IMG/VR virus record: IMGVR_UViG_3300021164_001199
Coordinates: 1-64,000 of that record
Direction: 5' to 3' (one strand)
Length of the DNA stretch: 64,000 nucleotides
Source: a virus
Lineage: Duplodnaviria > Caudoviricetes
Shown here: positions 39,299 to 51,200 of the stretch, piece after piece
How the letters are laid out: the number at the start of each line of letters is the position of its first letter
Position numbering within the stretch: position 1 is the first letter of the stretch
The notes under the pieces: generated by a model
What the model saw: only the letters and a program-made list of their open reading frames with translations
What the model was told of the DNA's origin: nothing
Database searches by the model: none
Made by a program: the position numbers and the translations under genes

Positions 39299-42200
39299 TG
39301 GCTTGTCTTACACAAAAACAATTAGATAACATATTTAAATCAATTGGTAATTATTTTAAAAATTTAAATGATCCAAAAGATTATAATCACTTAGAACATC
39401 TATTATATATTTATAATAAAGGTATATCTAGTGGAATGACACCAGCAACAGCTCTATCATATGTGCAAGCTGTACCTAAACTAGTTCAAGCATATAAAGC
39501 TATAACTGGAATTAAATTAATTAAAGATGAAAATATTCAAGTAGCAAGACTTGAGTCTGATTTTGAAGATAATGATTTAAATTTTATTGCAGATACTTTA
39601 GAATTAACTAGTGAAAAAGAACCTGAAGAAATTACTGAAGTAACAACAGATGAGGTAGTTGCACCTAAAGGTCAAACATTAAAAATATTTACTGCTAAGA
39701 CAAATGATCCAACTTCTACTACTGGTCCTGATGAAAGAAAGGATGATGGTACTCAAAGTATAGATCCTAAGAAAACTTGGTACCACGGATTTACACGTAA
39801 ACTTATTGCTAATGCTGTAAGTGGATTTGATGGTTCTACTATAACAATTAAAAATCATACTGGCTTTAAACTTAAAGCTATCAAAATGTCTGAGATTCCT
39901 TATGAGGAATTATATGATTTTCTAAAAACTCAAAGTTTATCTGAAGAGCAATTAAAAGCAATATTAGATAGAGACCAGATTGTAGCATTAGTAATTACTG
40001 ATAATAATGGTAAAATATTAAAGTTTAATCAAGATTATGCAGTTGCACCTGATGGAAAGTTAATATACTTTCAAATGAGAGATACTAACTATGATTTACT
40101 AGATGTTGTAGGAGCAAGAGGTGTAATTCAAAGTGTTGAAGAAATATCTAGTAATTTAAATATATCTTATAAAGAAGCAGAAAGAAGAGTTAGAGAAGGT
40201 GTAAATAATTTAAGAGCAATCCAGAAAGGAGTATTTGAAAATAAAAATGTAATACTTGATATTACTGGAGGCAGTCGTGGCTACTTACCTTTACTAGAAA
40301 AAAATATTAAACTGAATTATCAAACTGCTCCATCTACATTAGGTCAAGTAGTTGCTAATATGGATTACTTTGAAATTAGTTACAATACTACTGGTGGAAC
40401 AACTAATAGATTTATTACTCTATATGGTAATACGATTAATTTATTTACACGTAAGGCAAATGATGAAGAATTAAGTCTATTTAGTGATGCTGTTGTAGAA
40501 AACTTATTAAATTCTGATGATACTACTGTAGGTTTAGAATTCTTAAGTCAGTATTTAGCAATGACTAATTCTAATAAGAATGAACTTAGAAAATTACTTG
40601 AAAGTATTAAAGAATCAAGAGATAAAGAAAATGGTGTAGATAGATTAAAAAAATATTTAAAAACAGCAGGTTCTAATAAGAATGGTTTTTGGTTAACATA
40701 CCAAAAAGAATTACCTGAATATTTTGGTATTAAGAATGGAGAACTTGCTATTATCAATAGAGAAGAGTATTATAATTTTTGGAAAGATGTTTTAAAAACA
40801 GCTTTACCATTAAATGATGATGATAAAGTACAATTGTTTAATTCATATTTAAATTTTGAAATTGATAATAAAACTAAAGAAACTTTAGGATTAAGTAAAT
40901 CTGAAGAACCTAAAATAGAAAAGAAAACTAGTGCTATTGTAGCAAATACAAATTTTGACATAGATTCTTTAATGAAAGAAAAAGGAATATCTTCTGAAGC
41001 TACAAAGAAACAAATTCAAGATGCTTTAGATTGGTATGAAAATAGTCCTTTAAAAAATGTAGTACCTGTTAATGTACTTTTTAATGTTTTAAATTCAAAT
41101 TCAAAAGCTGTTTGGGAAAGATCAGGAATTACTTTATTTTTTGGTTCTAACTACACAGATTTATATCATGAGGCTTGGCATGCTTTCTCTCAATTGTTTT
41201 TAACAATAGATGACAAACAAAAGTTATATGCTGAAATTGGAAAAATGTCTGGAACATTTGCTTTACCAGGTGGTGGTAGAATTAAATATTCAGATGCAAA
41301 ACCAGTTCAAATAGAAGAGTTATTAGCTGAAGACTTTAGACAATATAGATTATCTAATGGTACAAAAGTATTTGGGCAAAGACCAGTGACTAATAGAATC
41401 TTTTCTCAAATTTTAAAGTTATTAAATTGGTTATTTGATAAAGTTTCATATCAACAAACACAAACAGATTTTAATTCATTAAAGAATGTAAAAACATTAT
41501 ATGATAAATTATATCTAGGTAACTTCATAGATATGAAACCTGATGCTAAAAATATCATGTTTGGTTCATTAGCATCTCCTATAGGTTCAGTAGAAAATGG
41601 TACTCAATTAACTATTACTCAATCAAATGAAATAGCAGATACAATGGATGCTATTATATCTGATGTATTAGAAAATATTGCAAAAGAAACTGGTAAAGTT
41701 ATTATTGGTAACTTTTTAAATTCTAAGAATTCAATTAAATATGTTTATGGTAAAATAAAAGAAGCTTTTGAAAAAAGAGTAGTTGAATTAAGTGAAGATG
41801 TAGTAGCCAATGAGTATGCTATAAACTTATTAAATATTGCTATAACTGACTTTGGAAATATAGATGATACAATAGATAACAAGAAATTAAATGATAGCAC
41901 AACTATATCGTATCACCTTAGAAGATCTAAGATATTAGATTTTAAAACTAAAACTTTAGATGATAATGATGAAAAAACTGTTGACTTAGATACACATATT
42001 AAAAAAGAATTAGCTGATAATGGTGAACTATCTTTTGAAGAACTAGCAAATGAAAGAGTATTATTTCTTATTAAAACATTAAAACAATATGATTCTAATG
42101 GTAATGTAGAAATGAATGACTTAGGCTTTCCTAAACTTGTTAAATTCAACAAAGTATTAGGAATTCTAATTAGAGAACTTAATAATAACTCAGGGCCTAA

Positions 42201-45200
42201 ATCTATTAAAGCTAAACTAGAAGCATTGAGAGATAATGGTCAACATGAAATTGGTGAACTATTAATTAAACTAGGTGATTTAGATTTAGTAAAAGAAGAT
42301 GATAAAGCAGATATCATGAATGCTTGGATCTTATTTGCTAATAGTTTTAATACAACATCACTACCATTAATTATTACAAGATTAGAACAAACTACAAATA
42401 GAGATGAAAATACATTTGAATATTCTTTATATAACACTCAAGGTAAATTAGATTTATCAAATACTAAAAGAAAGTTTATTCAAGAGTTTTCTATAAATAG
42501 ATTAAATAGATTCACTTCAGAATTTGAAGGATTAAAAGTTATTGATAAAAATAAACTAGAGAACTTCAATATACAAGAATATAATAACTTACAATTTGGA
42601 GATCCTAAAAAATTCAATAAGGCTGTATTATTCTATAATGCTATTGGTATTCCAGTAGGTAAATCTGAACAATACAAAGAATTACTAAGTAATAAAACTG
42701 TATTAGAAGGAGTAACTTATATCTATAACATGCTTATGGAATATAAGAGTAAAGGAAAGAATAGTGACTTTATTCCAGATCATATAAACTATTTAACTAA
42801 ATCAAAAGAAGGTAATCAGTCTAATGTAATTGATACAGTTATCCAAGCATATCTTAAAGTAGAAGATATAGTTAGTACATTTAGTTTACTAAATGCTGAA
42901 GGTAATAGGCAATATGAGAATGTTCTTAATAATACAATTACTATTACAAAGAATGGACTTAATGATGTAAATACATTTCAGGAATTTTATAGTAAACCTG
43001 AGTTTGCACATTTTAATCCTGCAATAAATCCAATGGTTAGAAACTCTCAAGTATTAAAAAAATTATTTGGAGAAGATTTAACTGGTAGAATAGATACCTT
43101 AAACTTAAGTAATTACTCTGGTATACAGTTAGATAAAGATGGTGTGAATATAAACTCAGTTTCTATTACAGAAACAGATACAGCTACAAAATTTTACATT
43201 GATTTATATTCTTATATCAATAATGGTTATGTGGAACTACCAAGACATGCTGATAAGAAAATGGCATTAGCATATCATACTTCTAAAAATCCACATTTTA
43301 TTACACCTACTTCATATTATCAAAGTCCTGAGTTATCAGATGACAAGTTTTTTAAAATCATGTTTGGTTATTTAAAAGCAGAGCATGAAAGAGTTCAGGA
43401 TATTAGAAACAATACTATTAGTGATTTAGATTATTTTCCAGAGTTTAAAAATCAAGGAAAAGAGTTCTTGATATTCCATGACATCTTAACTCCTGAATTA
43501 AAAAATAAACTATATGATACTTCTATAGAAGAATTAGCTGCCTTAAATTCTGATACTCAATTACATAAAGAAATTAAAGATAGAATAGTAGCATACTTAT
43601 CAAATCTAACTTCTAAAAATAAAGTTGTATTTGATGAAATGAATTATTTAGATGCTGACTCAATTAAAAAATTAATTAAACCAGGGTTTGTTAATCAAGG
43701 ATTGAGTAATGACGAAAAAGCAAATAGACTAGTTAGAGCTTATAGTGCTAACTCATTCATATCATTTGTAGAATCTACCATATTATTCTATGGTGACATA
43801 GCTGCATATAACTTATTAAAAGAAGAATTTCATAAACGTAATGCTTCTGCAGGTTCTACAGGTAGAACATTTATTAGTGATCCTGAATTTCTATATGCAT
43901 ATAAAAAACATTTTGGTAATAAGTATGCTAACAAACAAGGATATAAATCTTATGGTGTTGCAGATAATGGTGTTTTAAGAACAGCTGTATTTGATGATAT
44001 ACAAGTGCAAAATGATGATTTAATAAAAGAATATAAAATACTATTTGAAAAACAATATACTAAAGATTATACAGCATTTGGATTAACTGGTAAAGCTTTA
44101 ACAGATAAAGTAGAAGCAGAAGTAAAAAAATCAATTGCTAAATATTTTGAAAAAGAAATTAAAGAAGGTGATGGTCAAGGTTGGTTAACTTTTGATGCTT
44201 ATAGAATGCTGGCAAAGCTTTCTAATGAGTGGTCTCCAGCTCAAGAGGAACTATACAATAAAATTGTAGAAGGTAAAGATATAGGTATAAATGAGATAGT
44301 TAAAAACTTTCCTCCTAGGAAATATCAATACTATGGTCCAATTGTAACAGAAAAGTATCATTTAAATGCTCTTCATAAGTTTTCATTAATGCCACTTATA
44401 CCTAGTGTTATTAAGGATACAAATCTTGCACAGATACATGAAAGAATGATGAACAGTAATGTTCAATATGCTACATTTAAATCTGGTTCCAAAACTGCTA
44501 CAAGAACATATGAAAATGGAAAATCTGATCAATTTTATACAGATTTATCAGTTAGAAAAGCAATGCCTAAAGATGCTGCATTATTAATTAATGAGATCAA
44601 TATTAAATATTTACGTAATCAAGTATCTATTAATGATGAATTCAAAGAAGAAGTAGTATTCTCTACTCAAATGAGAAAATTAATCATTAATGAGTTATTT
44701 GAAAAAGGTATTCCATTAAATGCTAATGTAGAAGAACTAGTAAAATCTTACTTAAGAAATATTGAAAGATATATTGAATTTAATAAACAAGAGTTAAGAG
44801 ATGAAATAGAACTTAAAAGTGATGGTAAGTTTAATGCAGAATCTTTAGCTAAGATTATTAAAATTGAAATGTCTAGAAGAGATTTTCCTGAACACTTGCA
44901 AGATACTGTAACTAAAATTGAAAATGGAAATTTTGCTTATGACTTATCCTATGCATTAAATGCTGAAGACATTGAAAAGATTTTATTCTCAATTGTAAAT
45001 AAAAGAATTGTAAGAAGAAAAGTAAATGGTGAACCATTAATTCAAGCTGCTGTATCTGGTTTTGAAAGTGAAAGACCTGACTTAACTAATGCTACTGAAG
45101 AAGACTTAGTTAAATATAGAGCTGATGAACTTAAATTCTATAGAGTAGATCCAGTAACTGGTAAAACATTACCAATGCAAGTTAAAATTGCATTACAAGG

Positions 45201-48200
45201 AAAGTTTAAAAAACTATTATATTTAGAACATAATGGTCAAGTAATTGGGACTAGAGATAATTTAAATAAAGCATTAAAAGATTCTGAATGGATGAAAGTA
45301 CATGGTAAAATGGTTACCCTTGTGGGTGTACGTATTCCAGTTCAAGGATTTAATTCAATGGAAATGATGGAAGTTGCAGAATTCTTAGATGAATCTGCAG
45401 GTAACATTGTAGTTGCTCCAACACAGATTGTATCTAAATCAGGTGGTGACTTTGATATTGATAAGTTATCTATATTCTTTCCTAATATTGAAAAAGTTGG
45501 TAATAAAATATTCTTATCAAGATATGATAGATCAATCAAAGAATCAACAGGTGAATTAAAAGGTAAAATTTCTGATTTAAAGAAAAGAATAAAAGAAATT
45601 AAAGGTGATTCACAAAAAGAATTTGAAAATCTTAAGAAACAAAAACAATTTAGTAAACTTGAAAATACTGAAAAACAGTTAATTAATCAATTGTATGAAA
45701 ACTACAATAGACTACTTGCAGAGAACAATAATTTAATAGAACTTTGGTCAAAAGAATCTGCTAATACTAGAAAAGGTAAAATTTTATCTAATGAAATTGA
45801 TGAACTAAAAAATATTTCTATTTCATTTGAAGATAAATTCCAAGAGTTAACTTTAGCAGAAGCTGAATTAAAACAAAATTTAAAAGTATACTATGGTGCC
45901 TTTTATGAAGATAAGCAACAAAAATTCTGGGATACTCAAGATGTAAAATTACAAGTTGTATTTGATGAAATGAATATCATTAAGGAGAAATTAATTAATT
46001 CTTCTAATAGTGCATATGAAAATGATATTACTCAAGACATTATAAATATTCTTTCAGCTCCTGAAATTGCTGCAGCATTAGTTAGACCTAATGATACTGA
46101 CTTAGTACAGCCATTATCTAAAGACATGCTTAAGTATTTTGCTAAGTCATATAATCCAAAAGAAAATTTTAATACAGATCCTTCAATAATGGAATTTGTT
46201 GATGATCTAGAAACTAATCCTGAAAAGAAAAATAAAATAAGACCTGTATCACCTACTAGAATATTTGAAACAAGATATAATATTTATAAACAATACTCTA
46301 ACTCAGTTGGTAAAAGAGCTTTAGGTATAGGTGCCGTAGATAATGCTTATAATGCACTATTCAATCAAGTTGGTTTGTACCTAAATGATGAATATGAACA
46401 TGTCAGAACTGATAAAAAAACAGGTAAGGATATAACTCAAATAAGAAAGAATAGATTACTATTAAGTCATAACAAAATGAATAATGGTAAAATATCTTTA
46501 TCTAATATATTCAATACAGAAGGAACTAAAATATCTGATTTAATTAATCAGTTGATCAATGGTTGGGTAGATGTTGCTAAAGATCCTTGGATTGCTTATG
46601 TAATGGGTACTCCTGAAGCATCACCATCTTTATTATACTTAGTACAAGCTGGTGTACCATTTAAACAAGCTGTATACTTCCTAGCTAATCCATTAGTAAG
46701 ACAATACTTTGATACTCTTAAGAAAATGGAAAGCCCATTAGCTGCTTTAAGTCAATCAATTGAGGAAAATGATTATGGTGATCCTATAATAAAATCTAAA
46801 TTACCTGAAAATGAATTTAGACTTAAAGCTGAAATGTTAGGTTATGGTAAATCAGATTATCCAAATGGTCATCAGTTATATGATAGGATTCAAGACTATA
46901 CAAAAGGATTTGAAAATATAACAGAAAAAGAACTATTTGATAGATTAGAGGCTAGTATACAACCAGGTTGGTCACGTAATGAAACAGACATGGCTGTATT
47001 AGCGCACTTCATAGAAATACTTGATGTAGCAAAAGGACTATTTAAAATTAAATCATCTCTAAACTTTGATACTAAGACATCTGCTACAATGTATGATGCT
47101 TATGCAAGAAGTCAAAAAAGAGATTTAATTGTTAGTGATAATGAAGATGAGGTAAATATTCTTAAGATATTTCCAAAGCATAAGTTAAAAGCATTATATG
47201 AAGATACTATTCTTCACAACTTTGATGTGAGTGACATGCAAATGGAAATGTTTAAAGATTTATATGGTGTTAGAAATAATCCTAATTTAAATAAATATTT
47301 ATACGAATTCTATAAGAATAGTTTAATATTTGGAAGTAATATATTTGATAGAGTAAAACAAATTTTTGGTGGAAATGATAAAATGATTTCTGAATTCAAA
47401 AATGATTTTACTACAGCTATTACTTTATCTGCTCTAAGAGATATTGGTGTTACAGAAACTATGTACAAAGGATATGAAGTTGTACAAGTTAATAGTAAAG
47501 AATATGAAAAAGTTATAAATAAAAAAGTAAATAAATCTTTACCTACTGATAAATTATATTTTGCTAAAAATAATTATACTAAAGATACTCCAGAGAAATA
47601 TCCAAAGTATGGTTTTATTTTTACTGAGAATGCAGAAAAACTAGGTACTAATTATAATGTATCAACAACTCAAGCAGTTATTAGAACTAATAAAAAAGGA
47701 GAAAGAAATCCTAATGCATTAGCTATTGTAACTAAGAAAATGCAGAAAGCTGGGGCTAACTTTACAAATTCTGAAGCAGATTTTAATCAGTTTAAAGAAC
47801 TTAATACTAAGTTGATTAATGACATAGTTGATTCTAAGTTTGAAAGAATTATAGTTCCTACTGGTGGATTTGCAATGGAAAAAGCACAACTACCTACAAG
47901 GTTTGCAGAATGGTTACAGAATGAATTGCAAACTAAATTAGGTATTGCTACAGAATTAGTTGATAGAGGAACTGGAATGAGTGGCTTAACTAACTCTAAA
48001 AAATATGAAGAACCTACTACTCAACAATCTACCAATCCACTAGTAGAAGCAGGAATTAAACCTACTGATATGTATGGTAATGCTGCTAAAGATATCCAGA
48101 TGGCATCTGAATCTACTCAGTTTATTGGATTTGGTACTATAATGAAAGAAGGTAATGTATCTTCTACAGATAAATATGCTAAAGCTTGGGGTAACAAAGC

Positions 48201-51200
48201 TAATACTGGAGAATATACTGCTAATGATATAATTATGGTATCTGGTAGTGGTAACTTTGGTAGAGGTGGTGTGGATAAAACAGAAGAAGCAGCAGCAATT
48301 AAAAAAACATTATCTGAAAAATATAAACCTTTATTATTAAAAGCTATAGAAGCTGGTGCCTCTTTTAGAATTGGTAACCAATATGCTAAAGGTAATTTAT
48401 CTGATGAAACTGTTGCTAAATTTTTACAACAAAAAGGATATACTGAAGAAAAACTTAATGGATATTCTAGATGGAATGCTCCTGTTAAACCAAAGGGAGA
48501 AAAAGTTGCGGATGGTATATATGTAAATCAAGAAGGTTTATCACCACAAGAAGAACTTGAATTATTTGAACTTATTAGACCAGTACTAGAAGAACAAGCT
48601 GTTAAAAGTAATGCAGGTAAGAATGCTCCAAAAATGGCAGGTCTAGGTCTTAACTGGGATTATGTTAATGGAGTGACTAAAAGAAGAGATAATGGATTTG
48701 AAAAAATTGATATACAAGATCCTTTAAGAAAGAATAGTGCATATGGGTGGTTTACATCTTCATCTACTGGTGAGAAATTAGGTTCTATATCTAAAAGAAT
48801 GGTAGAGTTAATGAGTAAAGCTACTGGTATAGATGTTACTGATTATGATGGTTCTATTATAAATATTTATAATTCAGATAGTTTTATTGGTAATCATCCT
48901 GATATTGATGAAAGTAAAACAGCAGAAAAATATCCTGTTGTTGTTGTTAATATAGGAGGTCCAGGAAATATTGTATTAGGTAGTGATAAGGTAAATTTAA
49001 AATCAGGAGCAGGTTATGTATTTGGTGTTGATGGTAAAAATAGAACCATATCTCATTCTACTTACGCATCACCTATTAAAGGTACATTACCAGCTATAAC
49101 TACTGCTATGGATGGTGAAACATTAAAAGCTGGTTCTTATAGAGTTTCAATTACAATGAGAAGAGTCATGCCTTTAAAGAAAGGAATGCCTGAATCTCCA
49201 AAAGTTATTTCTAAAAAACCATCTACTAGTGCTAATGAATTTGATATAGCAGATAAATTAACACCTATAGAACAAAACTTTAAAGATGGTTCAGGTGGTA
49301 GACAAATGCAACCACAGTTTAAAGGTAAATCTACTATGGATCTTATTATGTCAGGAGATAGAACTAGAACTACTAGAGCTAAGACTGATGTTGGAAGAAT
49401 GTTGAAAGACTATAACCTTTCTAAAATTGAAGATCTTGTTGGTAAAATTATACGCATGACAGATAATACAGGTAAACAAGTCTATACTAGAATTACTAAA
49501 GTTGCTCCATTTACACAAGAATATCAAGATTCTACATGGAAAAAAGAAGGCTGGGAAAAGTCTGTAACAGATAAACTTGTTGGACAGTATCCTTATGCTA
49601 TAGAGTTTGAAGTAGTAAATAAACCTACTCAATCATCTACTAGTACTAATATTGGACCAGAAACTATAATTAATGTATATTCTAAAGATAAAAATGGATT
49701 TGAAGATTTGAGCAATTTTGCTGAAAGATCTGTTAAGCTTGGTAATGAAACTTTTAGAACTCCTGAAGGTGCTTATCAAGCTATGAAAATTTGGTTTACA
49801 AATGCTGCTTTATTACGTACACCTATTAGTAAAGAAAATCTTGAAATATTAGAAAAATTAAAAACAGCTTCAGGTCTAGAAGCAAAAGCTTTAGGAAATA
49901 ATATTACAGATTTATCTAAAGACACCTGGGATAGAGATTCATCAGGTGTAATGAAAAATATTTTAACACTTTCATTTCAACAAAATTCTAAAGCTTTAGA
50001 TAAACTTCTTTCTACTGGTAATGCTACTCTAACTCATACTCAAGATAAAACTAAGTGGAAAACTGAATTTCCTAAATTATTAATGGAAGTTAGAAATGAA
50101 CTTAGAGGTGAACAACCTAAAGTTAATGAGCCAGTTGAAGTAGAACAAGTTCCCACTAAGGGAACTAATATACCAGGATATATTCCTACAGGAGTATTTA
50201 TTCAAGATGATAAAATGTATGTTGATAAAGATACATTATATGAACAATTTGAAACTCAAGAATATTCTACCAATAATACACAAGCATATGGAACTATTAT
50301 AACAACTCCTGAAGGTGGTAAATTCTATTTACAAAAAGTAAGTCCAAGGACTTTCAATGATAACTTTAGTGAGTATGTAAAGTTTGTAATGGAAAGAGAA
50401 TATCAGAGAAGTGTATTAAAAGCTTCAGACATAACCAATTTTGATGAACTACTTAAAACAACTACTGCTAAATTAATAACTCCTAAAAAAGTACAAATTA
50501 ATATTGCTGAATTACAAAATAAACTTAAAACAGATGTGGCATTTGTAGGTAATAAATATGGACTAGAAGATTTAGTAGACGTATATTCTGGTGAAGTGAT
50601 TTATGATAATTTGAAGCCTGGCTTTAGAAAACCAGGAATTTATGAACAATATACAATAACTGAAGAAAGAGGGTCTGCTGTAAAATATAAAATAATTGAA
50701 AGTTATTTAACTAATAAAGCATTAAAGAATATTCTTAATTCTTATTCTTATATGCAGGATCCAGAGAATTCATATGCCAGACAATTATTAGATTTAGTAA
50801 AAAAATATAAGTTAGCAAAAGACTATAGTCTTCTTGATGCATTGACACTTAATAAGTCTAATGGTAATGACATCTTTAATTTAGTATTTAAAGAAGGTAA
50901 ACCTGATTCTAATACTATAGATAACTATATTGATGAATTAATGAGACTATCTAATCCTGATGTTGAAAAACATCCAGATATACATATTAATAAAGAGATT
51001 TCTGAATTCTTTGATAAATTTCAATATTATGTATTGTTATCTAGTGGATTTAGTTCAGGTAACAAATATTCATTAAATTCTATTATATCTCAAGAAAAGA
51101 TATTAAACTATACTAATTCAGATGCAATTAAAAAAGCAACTAATAGAATTTTAAATGATTCAGATTATTATGGTAAAGTTGAAAAAACTTTAAATATTTT

